NCBI GenBank assembly: GCA_965140585.1 | Contig: OZ223269.1 | Location: forward strand, 704,001-768,000 | From: Spirochaetia bacterium | Lineage (GTDB): Bacteria > Spirochaetota > Spirochaetia > UBA9216 | Direction of reading: 5' to 3' | DNA: 64,000 bases | In this document: positions 40,897 to 51,158 of the stretch, one piece after another | Layout: every line of letters starts with the position of its first letter | Numbering within the stretch: position 1 is the stretch's first letter | Position numbers and translations under genes: made by a program | Notes under the pieces: model-generated | Database searches by the model: none | What the model was told of the DNA's origin: nothing | The model's input: the letters and a program-made list of their open reading frames with translations, nothing else

Positions 40897-42063
40897 TTAA
40901 ACTCCGTCTAATTCAAGCCCTTTCATCGCTCCGTCAATATCTTTTAAGCCGCTGCCTGTTACAAGAAGAACCACAGTGGCCCTGTCAGATATATGTTTTC
41001 TGACAGAAAGAAGTCCGGCGAGTACAGAGGCTGATGATGGCTCTGCAAATAATCCTGTGGATGATGCTAGTTTTTTCTGAGCTTTCAGAATTTCAGCGTC
41101 TGAAACATCTATCCCGACTCCGGAATGCTGTATCAGTTTTTTCATGGCAAGATAACCGTTTCGGGGGATATCAACTGAAATTGAATCAGCAATCGTGGCG
41201 GATGAAACAGGGTCTGAAAAATCTCCGTTTTTTAAAGCTCTGTTTATGGCATTTGAACCCTCGGCCTGAACACTGTGAATAACCGGAATTTTTTCTGAAA
41301 GCCCCAGACGGATTAGATCTTCAAAACCTCTGTACAGTCCGCCAAGAATTACTCCGTCTCCTACCGGAACAAAGATATAGTCAGGAACCTTTCCGAGCTG
41401 AAGAAATATTTCAAGCGCTGCTGTTTTTTTACCTGCGAGTGTGAGGGGATTAAAAGCAGTATTCCTGTTCAGACCTCCGTTTTTCCTCGTGTAAGCGATT
41501 GACTGATCAAAGGCCAGATCATAAGTGCCGTCAACAAGAGTTACTTCTGCTCCATACTGAAGGGACTGAACCATTTTTGCTTTAGGTGCAGATTTAGGTA
41601 TAAAGATTTTTATTTTCTGTCCTGCTGATGCTCCGATTCCGGACATTGAGGATGCCGCATTTCCTGTCGAAGCAACCGTTATTTCATTTATCCTGTATTT
41701 TTTAGCAAATGCCGAAACAAGGTAGGACGCACGATCTTTAAGGCTTCCGGTAGGATTCAGTGTATCGTCTTTGATAAACAGTTCTTCAAGATTAAGTTCT
41801 TTGCGTAGATTTTCCGGTTTCCATAGCGGAGTGCTGCCCACCGGAGCGGGAGGGAAATATTTTTTTTCTACAGGCAGAAGTCTGTGAATGAAACCCTGGC
41901 GGTCCTTTGTATTTGTATCTGTTTTTCCTTCAAAGGTGGTTTCAAGAACTCCTTTAAGCGGTCTGTTTTCAGGCTGCCTTGAAGTGCATGAAGGACATAG
42001 ATATACATCAGGCTTAATGTCATAGGTTTTACCGCAGTCAGTGCATCTGTAATAGAATTTCAA
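40897..42063 (-). CDS. Threonine-synthase-like fold-type-II PLP enzyme
   Basis: N-terminal CTDC/CPSC, GSTPL, NPTGSLKDR, ASTGNAA, VPVGDG, EPSS, TGSGLKD; located inside the purine-catabolic cluster. Confidence 0.85.
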   Translation of the reverse strand: MKFYYRCTDCGKTYDIKPDVYLCPSCTSRQPENRPLKGVLETTFEGKTDTNTKDRQGFIHRLLPVEKKYFPPAPVGSTPLWKPENLRKELNLEELFIKDDTLNPTGSLKDRASYLVSAFAKKYRINEITVASTGNAASSMSGIGASAGQKIKIFIPKSAPKAKMVQSLQYGAEVTLVDGTYDLAFDQSIAYTRKNGGLNRNTAFNPLTLAGKKTAALEIFLQLGKVPDYIFVPVGDGVILGGLYRGFEDLIRLGLSEKIPVIHSVQAEGSNAINRALKNGDFSDPVSSATIADSISVDIPRNGYLAMKKLIQHSGVGIDVSDAEILKAQKKLASSTGLFAEPSSASVLAGLLSVRKHISDRATVVLLVTGSGLKDIDGAMKGLELDGV

Positions 42064-43280
42064 TTTTCGTTTCCTTCAAGCTGCGCATCAAGCGAGTAGA
42101 CAAGAGCGGTGTAGAAGGCACTGCACAGCATGAGATCATCAATCCTGTTAACTTCATTCGGTGCGTGAGCCTGATTTTCATCACCGGGCCCGAATCCTAT
42201 TGAAGGAATTCCGTGACGGCCGCAGACTGAAACAGCATTGGTAGAGAAGGTCCACTTATCGACCTTTACATCCCTGTTAAACAGGCTTTTATATGCAGCT
42301 TCGCCTGATGTGACAAGTTTATGATCACGTCCTATCTTCCATGTAGGAAAATAAAGCGGCTGACTGTATTTAGTTCCTTTCCAGCTGATTTTATCGTAGT
42401 AGGGCACTGTAACTGATTCAGCATCAGGCATGATTTTTTTGATTTGCTCTACAGCAAGTTCTTCGGTTTCTCCCCATGTCAGTCTTCGATCAAGGTAGAG
42501 TTTTGCCTGATCGGGTACCGCACATTGAGACGGTCCGTGGGCTTCCATAACAGAAACAACAACTGTTCCCTTTCCGAGAAAATTATCCTCATCAGGTTCC
42601 AGTTCTTCATTGAGTTTTTCTGCTGCTAATGCTCCTTTCGCAGCCTTATATGCAGCACTTACTCCGCGTTCAGGAGCACTTCCGTGACAGGAGATTCCCT
42701 TGAAAATTACTTCCATTTCCATTCGGCCGCGGTGGCCGCGGTACAGATTGCAGGATGAGGGCTCGGTACTTACAAAGTAATCTGGTACAAGCTTTTCTTC
42801 TTCAATAATGAATTTCCAGCACATGCCGTCACAGTCTTCTTCCATGACTGTAAATGTGAAAAACACTGAGAACTTTCCGTCATAGCCTAGTTCTTTCAGC
42901 ATACGGCCGGCTGTAATCATGGATGCGGCGCCGCCTTTCTGATCTGCTGTTCCCCGGCCTTTTACCAGCTCATCTGTTATTTGCCCGGAGAAGGGCGGAG
43001 TTGTCCATTGTTTTTCATCACCGACGGTGACTGTATCAATATGCGCATCGAAGGCAATTTTCATCGGACCGTTTCCTACACGTCCAATCAGATTTCCGAG
43101 TCCGTCAATATAGACATCATCAAAACCGGCATCTGCACATAGCGTCTGAAGTCTTTTGATAACATCCTCCTCCTGACCGCTGAAACTCGGTATCTGAACA
43201 ATCTTCGACAGATTGTCTGCTGTGTAGTCCCTGTATTTTTGGGAAAGGTCTTCTATGAGGCTGTAAATTTCGGATGTCAT
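42060..43280 (-). CDS. ygeY: YgeY-family M20 hydrolase
   Basis: DAHIDTV, GRGTADQKGG, TVMEEDCDG, RGHRGR, CHGSAPERG, DRRLTWGE, KWTFSTN, AHAPNE. Confidence 0.92.
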   Translation of the reverse strand: MTSEIYSLIEDLSQKYRDYTADNLSKIVQIPSFSGQEEDVIKRLQTLCADAGFDDVYIDGLGNLIGRVGNGPMKIAFDAHIDTVTVGDEKQWTTPPFSGQITDELVKGRGTADQKGGAASMITAGRMLKELGYDGKFSVFFTFTVMEEDCDGMCWKFIIEEEKLVPDYFVSTEPSSCNLYRGHRGRMEMEVIFKGISCHGSAPERGVSAAYKAAKGALAAEKLNEELEPDEDNFLGKGTVVVSVMEAHGPSQCAVPDQAKLYLDRRLTWGETEELAVEQIKKIMPDAESVTVPYYDKISWKGTKYSQPLYFPTWKIGRDHKLVTSGEAAYKSLFNRDVKVDKWTFSTNAVSVCGRHGIPSIGFGPGDENQAHAPNEVNRIDDLMLCSAFYTALVYSLDAQLEGNEN

Positions 43281-43297
43281 TCTAAAAACTCCTGATA

Positions 43298-44188
43298 TTA
43301 ATTTTTTCTATAAAGTCCGATTATTTCCTTTATTTCTGAATAATTATTGGCATCAAGCCAGGTGTTTATTTCATCAGCAATCCTTCCGTATACTGATGGT
43401 CCCTCATGTATGGCCGCTGTACAGACCTGAACTGCGGAGGCTCCCGCCATAAGAAACTTAACCGCATCTTCACCTGTGGTGATTCCTCCGACGCCTATAA
43501 TCGGTTTTTTAACCGCCATAGACAGTCTGTGAACAACAGCCAGGGCAATCGGCATCAGCGGAGGTCCGGACATCCAGCCCTGACCCCATTCAGATCCTAA
43601 AGCAGGTCTGCATTTTACAGGATCAAAATCCAGTGCAGGGCCGAGTGAATTAACCGCAACAAAGGCGTCAACAAAAGGTTCTGCTGCAAGTACAAGTTTT
43701 TCAATGTCAGGAAAGCCCGGAGAAATTTTCATCCATACCGGAGCCTTAATACTGTTACGCAGTGATTCTGCTACGTCAACCAGCGGTTCAACATTATGGC
43801 CTGTATAATGTGTTGAGAATTCAACTGCATCGGGTTTTATTTCTCTTTCAAGAAGACTTCCAAGGAAATTTACATCCTCTGCGCTGTATCCAATGGAAAC
43901 AATGAGCGGAATATTGTTTTCCTTAACTTTATGCAGTTCATCAATGAAATTGCTGTAGCTGTCTTCAAGCCAGGTTTCACAGTTCAGAAGTCCTCCGTCT
44001 CTGATTTTTTTCATCGTCGGTCTGGGATCTGATGCTGGTTTTACCGAAAAGGTTTTTGAAACTATTGCCCCCGCTCCAAGCTGCGCTGCCCTCGTCATTA
44101 GAACGGCCGTTTTGACATTAGGTCCTGCAGCCGGCATTACAGGATTTAAAAAGTCTATTCCATTAATACTTACTGATAAATCAGCCAT
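43298..44188 (-). CDS. Dihydroorotate/dihydropyrimidine dehydrogenase-like FMN protein
   Basis: NPVMPAAGP, VSKT, KISP, VNS, SGP, IGVGGI, AGASAVQVCTA; start placed at ATG 44188 behind GGAGG. Confidence 0.85.
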   Translation of the reverse strand: MADLSVSINGIDFLNPVMPAAGPNVKTAVLMTRAAQLGAGAIVSKTFSVKPASDPRPTMKKIRDGGLLNCETWLEDSYSNFIDELHKVKENNIPLIVSIGYSAEDVNFLGSLLEREIKPDAVEFSTHYTGHNVEPLVDVAESLRNSIKAPVWMKISPGFPDIEKLVLAAEPFVDAFVAVNSLGPALDFDPVKCRPALGSEWGQGWMSGPPLMPIALAVVHRLSMAVKKPIIGVGGITTGEDAVKFLMAGASAVQVCTAAIHEGPSVYGRIADEINTWLDANNYSEIKEIIGLYRKN

Positions 44189-45488
44189 AGTACCTCCGGT
44201 GAAGATCCGCAGCGGCTTTCCTGATTTCTGTCCGGAGACTGCTTTCATAAGTAAAATTGATGTTTCCGCTGCTGTACAGTATATTTCCACGTGCAATGGT
44301 CATATATGTGTTTCCGCCCTTTGAACCAAAAATTAAATGTCCAATCAGATTATCCGCGTTTATTTCAGTCTGTGGAATATAATCCAGTACGGCAATATCT
44401 GCATCTTTCCCCTCTTCAAGTGTCCCTGAAGAAGGAAAATAATCCTGAACAAGTTTTGCTGTTTCTCCAAAAAAAGTGTCATGAAGCTTTTTCATGTCTT
44501 CGGTATATCCTCTGCCGAGCAGATACATTGAACGAAGCGATGCAATCATATCAAAACTCATACCGTCAGTTCCCAGTGTGAAAAAAGGAAGAACGGAACG
44601 ATCCATTTTTCCTACACGGTTGTTAGCATTTGATTCGGGGTTGGTAACGATATGGGGTTTAACCTCATGCAGTATTTCATAGTCTTTATGAGAAAGGTGA
44701 ACACAATGTGCCAGAATTGACTTTGAATTAATCAGTCTGTAACGGTTAAGCCGGTCTACAGGGCCGTAATATCCGCTTTCCAGGCAGAAATCAAGATCGG
44801 CCTTGTCTTCGCCGCAGTGAATGTGTATAGGAATTTCGCCCAGGTATTTTGAGATCACTTCTGCTGTCTCGGCAAGTGCAGAATTGCTGAGAGTAAAGTT
44901 TGCATGAAAACCAAGCATTCCCTTGATGTGAGAGTCATGTGTGTGACGCTGAAGAAAATCAAGATTCTCCTCTACATGTGAAGGAACCTTATCCATACCG
45001 TAACGTCCGCTTGTTTCATAGCACAGTACTGCCTTTATACCGGCTAGTTTTACAGCTTTTTTAATTACATCAAGGCTGCCTTTTACAAAACTCATCGAAG
45101 CATGATGATCGAAAATACAGGTGACTCCATGTTTGACAGCATCAAGTATTCCGGCCACGGCACTGTAGTAGACAGACTGCTCATCATGAACCTTATCCAG
45201 AGGCCACCAGTAATTTGAAAGTATTTCCGAGAAATTCCTCGGTGTACTTAGTGGCGACAGGCCTGTAGCAAGCGATGAATAAAGGTGAGTATGCGGATTT
45301 GTCAGACCGGGGAGAAGCAGGCGTCCCTGCAGGTCGAAAATGTCGGTTTCATTAACATCAGGTTTGATAGAATCGGAGTCTGCAGAAATTTTACTGATGC
45401 TTCCGTCTTCAATCAGCAATGATCCGTTCTTTATGAATAACGTTCTATCTGCGATGACGCAGTTTTTAAGTAGTATCTTCTTTTTCAT
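44181..45488 (-). CDS. ssnA: SsnA-like amidohydrolase
   Basis: NPHTHLYS, WWPLD, DHHAS, LCYETS.R, HANFTLS, HIHCGE, NPESN.NN.VG, LGTDG. Confidence 0.8.
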   Translation of the reverse strand: MKKKILLKNCVIADRTLFIKNGSLLIEDGSISKISADSDSIKPDVNETDIFDLQGRLLLPGLTNPHTHLYSSLATGLSPLSTPRNFSEILSNYWWPLDKVHDEQSVYYSAVAGILDAVKHGVTCIFDHHASMSFVKGSLDVIKKAVKLAGIKAVLCYETSGRYGMDKVPSHVEENLDFLQRHTHDSHIKGMLGFHANFTLSNSALAETAEVISKYLGEIPIHIHCGEDKADLDFCLESGYYGPVDRLNRYRLINSKSILAHCVHLSHKDYEILHEVKPHIVTNPESNANNRVGKMDRSVLPFFTLGTDGMSFDMIASLRSMYLLGRGYTEDMKKLHDTFFGETAKLVQDYFPSSGTLEEGKDADIAVLDYIPQTEINADNLIGHLIFGSKGGNTYMTIARGNILYSSGNINFTYESSLRTEIRKAAADLHRRYYG

Positions 45489-45489
45489 C

Positions 45490-47808
45490 TTAAACCCTGT
45501 TAAGTTTTTTCCATACCTTTTCCGCAGTAAACGGGGTCTGGGTAAGTCTTATTCCAACAGCGTCAAATACAGCATTTGCAATTGCCGGTGCCGGACCGTT
45601 AAGAGCAATCTCCCCGACGCTTTTTGCACCGAGGGGCCCGGTTTCTTCAAAACTGTCCGCAATAATTGTAACCATCTCCGGGGCATCTGCTGCATTGAAG
45701 ATTTTATAGGCTCCGAAGTTCGGATTAGTCATACGGCCTTTTTTATTGAACAGATATTCTTCTGTAAGAGCATATGAAATACCGTTCATTACGGCTCCTT
45801 CTATCTGACCTTCTGCAAGCATCGGGTTCAGTGCTGTTCCGCAGTCCATGCCTGTTACAAATTTAACAACTTTAATTTCACCGGTTTCCGTGTCAACAGT
45901 TACTTCAGCAAACTGTGCGGTGAAAGGGGGCGGTGATTCACTGCCGACATATGATTCGGTTGCCTGAATCTGGAACTGACCTGATGTGTAAAGTCTGTAG
46001 GCGCAGATTTCGCCGTAGGTTATACTTTTCTTTCCGTTATCTGCTGTTACTATTCCTGATTCCGCCTTGAGTTTATCGACCGGTATTCCAAGCATTTCAG
46101 AGGCTGCCTGCATAATCTGACTTAAAACAGATTGAGCGCATTTTTTAACAGCATTCCCGGTTACATATGTAGTCGATGACGCATAGGCTCCGGTATCAAA
46201 GGGAGTCGTGTCGGTATCTGATGAGAGGACGATAAACTCTGCTGTTTCAGTGTGCAGTACTTCAGCGGCAATCTGAGCAAGGATGGTATCAGAACCCTGA
46301 CCGATATCAGTTGCGCCGGTCTGCAGGTTGAAGGAACCGTCCTCATTCATCTTGATATAGCAGCTTGCCATATCAATCTCGGGAATTCCGGACCCCTGCA
46401 TGCTTACCGAGGCACCGACGCCGCTTACAAGGCTTCCGTTTTTTATTTTCTTTCCGCGTTTGTTTTTCCAGTCTATTTCAGATGCGCCCTTTTTAATGCA
46501 CTCCTCAAGTGCGCAGGAGCGAATGTACTGACTGACACCTTCTTTTCCCTCGCCGAGGGCTTCAAAAACCTTTGATGTTTCACCTGATTTAATATGCCAT
46601 TTCATTACATAGTCGAGAAAATCTATGCCGCAGCGTCTTGATATCTCATCTATATGCTGATTCAGGGCAAAATAGCCCTGGGTGGCTCCGTAGCCGCGGT
46701 ATGCGCCGCCGACGGGAAGGTTAGTATATACAGACCTTCCCGTGAACGCCATATTTTCAATTTTATTGTAGAGCGGCAGTACCTTTGCGCCTGCGTTTGA
46801 AAGAACAGTAAGAGCATGCGGTCCGTAGGCTCCCGCGTTCATCAGATCGTCGATTTCCAGAGCGGTTATTTTACCGGATTTCTTAAAACCGATTTTCACA
46901 CGGCTCCGCATTGGATGTCTTGTTCTGCTGCTTATGAAAACTTCTTTTCTTGAAAGAATAATACGAACGGATCTTTTAAGATCCCAGGATATCCAGGCAG
47001 CTACAGGTTCAAGAAAAACTTCCTGCTTTCCGCCGAAACCTCCACCGACACGCGGTTTAATAACCCGTATCTGTTTCAGTTCGCGGCCGCAGACTCTTCC
47101 GGTAATGCGTCTTACATGATAGGGAACCTGTGTGGCTGAAACTATTACCAGCCTGCCGCGGCTGTCAAAATATGTGATTACAGAGTGGGGTTCCATGGCG
47201 CAGTGGGATGCATACTGCATACTGTAGCTGTCTTCGAGTATTTCATCAGCAGAGTCGAATCCCTTTTCCATATCACCGAAACCGATAATAACTTCAGCAG
47301 CAAGGTTGCTTTCAGGCTTATAAGTTACCGGAATGGCAGGGTATTCGTCATCAAAATGAAGCCTGGGTGCATCGGCTTCCATCGCTGATTCAATATCAAA
47401 AAGCGGGGCTTTTTCCTGTAATTCAACATTAATCAGGTTAACAGCTTTTTCGGCAGTTTCAGGATCATCGGCTGCGACAGCAGCTATACGATCGCCGCAG
47501 AATCGGACATAACGATCAAACATCCTGCAGTCATACGGGGATGGTTCAGGAAAACCCTGACCTGCTGTCGTGTACAGTGTGGAAGGGGTATTTCCATAAT
47601 GATATATCCCCTGTACACCATCAGCTTTTTCAGCTTCAGAAGTGTCTATTGATATGATTTCACCGAAGGCTATTTTGGAATAAAGAAAGGCAACATAAAC
47701 AGGATTATCAGTCTTATAGTCATCCGTGTAGTGTTCTGTCCCGCAAGCAAGTGAAAGTGCATCATATTTAGGGTGAGATACAGAGGCTTCTTTAAAACTA
47801 TGCTTCAT
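45490..47808 (-). CDS. XdhD-like molybdopterin-binding oxidoreductase subunit
   Basis: YTTAGQGFPEPSPYD, VGGGFGGKQ, GAYRGYGATQ, DIGQG, YASSTT, GAKSVGE. Confidence 0.88.
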   Translation of the reverse strand: MKHSFKEASVSHPKYDALSLACGTEHYTDDYKTDNPVYVAFLYSKIAFGEIISIDTSEAEKADGVQGIYHYGNTPSTLYTTAGQGFPEPSPYDCRMFDRYVRFCGDRIAAVAADDPETAEKAVNLINVELQEKAPLFDIESAMEADAPRLHFDDEYPAIPVTYKPESNLAAEVIIGFGDMEKGFDSADEILEDSYSMQYASHCAMEPHSVITYFDSRGRLVIVSATQVPYHVRRITGRVCGRELKQIRVIKPRVGGGFGGKQEVFLEPVAAWISWDLKRSVRIILSRKEVFISSRTRHPMRSRVKIGFKKSGKITALEIDDLMNAGAYGPHALTVLSNAGAKVLPLYNKIENMAFTGRSVYTNLPVGGAYRGYGATQGYFALNQHIDEISRRCGIDFLDYVMKWHIKSGETSKVFEALGEGKEGVSQYIRSCALEECIKKGASEIDWKNKRGKKIKNGSLVSGVGASVSMQGSGIPEIDMASCYIKMNEDGSFNLQTGATDIGQGSDTILAQIAAEVLHTETAEFIVLSSDTDTTPFDTGAYASSTTYVTGNAVKKCAQSVLSQIMQAASEMLGIPVDKLKAESGIVTADNGKKSITYGEICAYRLYTSGQFQIQATESYVGSESPPPFTAQFAEVTVDTETGEIKVVKFVTGMDCGTALNPMLAEGQIEGAVMNGISYALTEEYLFNKKGRMTNPNFGAYKIFNAADAPEMVTIIADSFEETGPLGAKSVGEIALNGPAPAIANAVFDAVGIRLTQTPFTAEKVWKKLNRV

Positions 47809-48286
47809 TATCAGCCTCCTTCATTCTTGCTGCAGACAACTGAACCGCCTCAATTATTTTTTTATAGCCAGTGCATCTGCATAAGTTGCCGTCGAGAGCT
47901 TTTTTAATTTCACTTATTCCGGGCTCTGGATTATGCATCAAAAGCGCGTATGTACTCATTATTTGTCCGGGTGTACAGAAACCGCACTGAATTGCTCCTG
48001 CCTCTGCAAAGGCTGTCTGTATGGGATGCGGATGGTGAACGCTTCCGATCCCCTTAACCGTGATTATTTCACGTTCCGAAGCAGTGGCGGCAAATACAGC
48101 ACAGGAATTAACCGTTCTGCCATCCATGATTACGACACAGGCTCCGCAGTCGCCGCTTTCACAGCCGTTATGGACTTCGGTATGTCCGTTATCACGCAGA
48201 ACCTTAAGCAGCGTTTCGCCGGGCTTGAAACTGTACGATTCTTTTTTGCCGTTGATTATAAAATCCATTTCGATAAAATCAGACAT
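47798..48286 (-). CDS. 2x[2Fe-2S] subunit of the XdhD-like enzyme
   Basis: GCESGDCGAC, NSC, QCGFCTPG, GNLCRCTGY; start placed at ATG 48286 behind GGAGG. Confidence 0.92.
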   Translation of the reverse strand: MSDFIEMDFIINGKKESYSFKPGETLLKVLRDNGHTEVHNGCESGDCGACVVIMDGRTVNSCAVFAATASEREIITVKGIGSVHHPHPIQTAFAEAGAIQCGFCTPGQIMSTYALLMHNPEPGISEIKKALDGNLCRCTGYKKIIEAVQLSAARMKEADNEA

Positions 48287-49046
48287 TGCTGCTACCTCCG
48301 GCATTTGCGAGAGTCCTTTTAAGTTCAACCATAAGACGGTGTTTAAGATATTCTGCTCCGGTGCCTCTTTCATCGCTGAATCCGGCCTGTGAGTCAATCT
48401 GTTCAATAATTTCTTCAGGTTTACCGCTGCAGAATAAATTGCCGCCGGAAATGCCGGTTACTGCCGCGTTCAATTTTCCATCTGATGCTGCTCCAGCAGA
48501 GACTGTAAAGAAGGGGTAATCGAAATCGGTCCGGATATATCTGAAATAGCTGCCCTTTAAGTTTTTACGGCTTACAAGTATTTCGCTTATAATTCCTGAT
48601 TTTCTAAGTTCACTGCTTCTGTAATAGTCTTTTGCTGAAACAGGAAATTCAGAACCGCTGATTCGGAATCCGGCATCTGAAACAAGAAGCGGGCCGGTGA
48701 TATCGGACCACTTCGGAGAGGCATAGATACTTCCGCCAGCTGTTATCCGGTTGCGAAGCGGAGTAGCCGCAGCATTGCCGACAGAAGCTGTGAAAATATT
48801 TTCCGCCTCTATTTCTGACATAAACTTTGAAATATCAGTATAGGTGCTGTTGGCACCGATTCTGATAATGTCATCAGTAATTTCAATTGTATTCATCTGT
48901 GTGATATGTTTTAAATCAATCAGACCGGGAGTGTTGAGTGGAGATTTGAAAAGAAAGGTGCCCCCGCCATGAAGTTTGTAACCAGCGGAAAATAGTTCAA
49001 CTGCAGCTGAAAGATTATCCGGAAAATACCATTTGAGATCTTTCAT
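48279..49046 (-). CDS. FAD-binding subunit (YgfM-like)
   Basis: GGGT.L, LIDL, IGAN, PLRNRITAGGS, DERGT.AEY. Confidence 0.82.
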   Translation of the reverse strand: MKDLKWYFPDNLSAAVELFSAGYKLHGGGTFLFKSPLNTPGLIDLKHITQMNTIEITDDIIRIGANSTYTDISKFMSEIEAENIFTASVGNAAATPLRNRITAGGSIYASPKWSDITGPLLVSDAGFRISGSEFPVSAKDYYRSSELRKSGIISEILVSRKNLKGSYFRYIRTDFDYPFFTVSAGAASDGKLNAAVTGISGGNLFCSGKPEEIIEQIDSQAGFSDERGTGAEYLKHRLMVELKRTLANAGGSSNV

Positions 49047-49053
49047 AATATTT

Positions 49054-49174
49054 ATTGTAAAGGCAAAAAAGAAATAAAAGCAAGTAAAAACCTTTATCAG
49101 TGCAAATTGTCAAATTAAAAATAATAACATCAAAAAATAACATCGTTGACAAAGCGTTAAAGCGCCGGTAGGAT
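49054..49174. promoter_or_regulatory. Divergent promoters for the purine cluster (minus) and the hypothetical gene (plus)
   Basis: Minus: TTGCTT (49083-49078), 18 bp, TACAAT (49059-49054); plus: TTGACA (49146-49151), 17 bp, TAGGAT (49169-49174). Confidence 0.62.
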
Positions 49175-49182
49175 TACTGTTA

Positions 49183-51111
49183 ATGGCCGCAACCAATATT
49201 CTGACAAGAATCATAAATGCTTATTCCAAAAGAAAAAATATCTGGGAATTTGACTACGACAGCCTGCTGGAATTTATTCATCAGCTTATTTTAAACGACG
49301 AAAATGACCGGTATTCAGTTTTTGAGACTAATACCGATGATATTCTGACTGCAATGCTTATTGACCTTGAAAAATCAGGTGACTGTAAGCTCGTTTATGA
49401 GGGCAGCCGGATATCATTGATTCAGAACACCAGTTTTCAGGCCACGGCAATTGAAGCGGAATTTGCCAAAGTTGAAGCAAATTCGGACTATCCCTTTCCT
49501 ACCGAAAACAGTATTAACATCAGAATACCTGAAGACAGTCTCTTTAACCTGAACATGCCTGATGAAATGACAATAGTCCTCAATTCTTCAAAGGATAATC
49601 AGCTGTACCGGCTTAAGTTCAGCAACGGTATTAATAACATAATTGCTCCGGGCGCACAGATTAAAAACCGGCTTCTTTCACTTGCGGTTAACAAGATGCG
49701 AAATTATCTGGTTCATAAGAATAATTCCAATTATATCTACCACAAGATGATTCCCCTGTTTAAGCAGAATACAAGGGCTCTGGGAGAACTTATCAAGATG
49801 ATCCAGGGAAACCCCGGCAGAGCGGTAACCAATATCCGTAAGCCTGATGAGTTTATTTTCACATTCTGGACCCAGCTTTCTGCCTTTATCAGGAAAGAAC
49901 TTGCAGACAAAGAAAATAAAACGAGTCAGGATGAGGGTATTCTTCATTCTTCCATCCTTGTTCACGGTTATCTCCTTTATTACAAGGGCATAGTTCAGCG
50001 GCAGAAACTGAAGGAAAGTGCCCTTAAAAGTGTAGGGGATCAGCTCAAGAAGGAACCCTTTTATTACTCAATCAGCGATATTTATGATTTTAAAGATAAA
50101 TCAGGTCCCTACCTTAACAGCAAATTCTCAAAAAAAGACCTTCATGATTTTATTGAAGGTAAGCTTAAGATTAAGGAAGATGAAATACTTCCTGAGCTTG
50201 TTAAGATTAAAACTGTAGACAAGAAGATATATTACATTCATAAGTCTTCAATTCTGACTCTTGCACACCGGAAGGTTGCGAATGCTCATGATTTTTACCG
50301 TAAGAAAATCCTTGATAACTGGATTGATGTGATGAATGAATACAGAATGCTTCCTGCCATGACGAGTGATGACGTATATCATGCAGAACTTGTGAAGGAC
50401 ATAAAAAAGGAAGACCCCCTTCTTTTTGCTCTTTTAAGTTACGAACTTCTATATCTTGCAATGCAGGAATCCAAGAATATCAAACTGAAGGCGGTAGTCC
50501 AGGGCTGGATGGAGGAAAAGGCCGTTCATATGAAGCCGATTTCTGTTATTCTGGATCTCCGTAGAAAAGATCTGTATTCAGTAGCCAGAAGTTCCATGCC
50601 GTTCTGGATGAGTTTTTCTTTTCTCAGAAAGCTTGTATTCATGTTTCGAGGTAACCGCAAGCGTAAGGTTAAAAAGTCGGCTTCTGAAATTAATGAATCT
50701 AAAATTACTATTTCAGATTCAAAACATGTACCAAGGTCTACAGCCTCAGGTTCTGTCAAAAAGGTTCCCTCTCAGGATTATAAAAAGGGTGTTGAACTGC
50801 TGAAGCTGAGATATAACTATACAAGCTTTACAATTGAAAATACCCTTACCGAACTTCAGGAGGAATGGAATCCTCTTCTCGATTATGAGGCACGAAATAA
50901 CCTGGTTAAGGATGTTAAAAATATGGTCCGCGACTATATGAGAAAAATTCTCAGGGAAACAGCCTTTGCAGTCCCTGATCCGGAGCGTGTTGAGAATATT
51001 GCTGAGCTGCTTTCAAGAAACAGTGCCTTCAATGTTATAAAAAAGAAGGAAAAATTCAGGCAGTATCTGTCATTGTATATAATAAAAGTTCTCAACGATA
51101 CAAAACCCTGA
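49183..51111 (+). CDS. Hypothetical cytoplasmic protein (lysine-rich, helical)
   Basis: 642-codon ORF with its own promoter; no recognisable catalytic motif. Confidence 0.75.
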   Translation: MAATNILTRIINAYSKRKNIWEFDYDSLLEFIHQLILNDENDRYSVFETNTDDILTAMLIDLEKSGDCKLVYEGSRISLIQNTSFQATAIEAEFAKVEANSDYPFPTENSINIRIPEDSLFNLNMPDEMTIVLNSSKDNQLYRLKFSNGINNIIAPGAQIKNRLLSLAVNKMRNYLVHKNNSNYIYHKMIPLFKQNTRALGELIKMIQGNPGRAVTNIRKPDEFIFTFWTQLSAFIRKELADKENKTSQDEGILHSSILVHGYLLYYKGIVQRQKLKESALKSVGDQLKKEPFYYSISDIYDFKDKSGPYLNSKFSKKDLHDFIEGKLKIKEDEILPELVKIKTVDKKIYYIHKSSILTLAHRKVANAHDFYRKKILDNWIDVMNEYRMLPAMTSDDVYHAELVKDIKKEDPLLFALLSYELLYLAMQESKNIKLKAVVQGWMEEKAVHMKPISVILDLRRKDLYSVARSSMPFWMSFSFLRKLVFMFRGNRKRKVKKSASEINESKITISDSKHVPRSTASGSVKKVPSQDYKKGVELLKLRYNYTSFTIENTLTELQEEWNPLLDYEARNNLVKDVKNMVRDYMRKILRETAFAVPDPERVENIAELLSRNSAFNVIKKKEKFRQYLSLYIIKVLNDTKP

Positions 51112-51129
51112 ATATAAAACAATTTCAGG

Positions 51130-51158
51130 TTGCCTGATTAATATATAGGTATTAGAAT
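51130..51158 (+). promoter_or_regulatory. Sigma70-type promoter of hydA
   Basis: TTGCCT (51130-51135), 17 bp spacer, TAGAAT (51153-51158). Confidence 0.6.

Noticed and set aside
40897-42063. Annotation as housekeeping thrC
   Set aside because: Context is catabolic with no threonine-pathway neighbours; symbol withheld
34786-49046. Selenocysteine read-through in the selenium-associated yge/xdh genes
   Set aside because: All ORFs look full length; no in-frame TGA interrupting homology was seen
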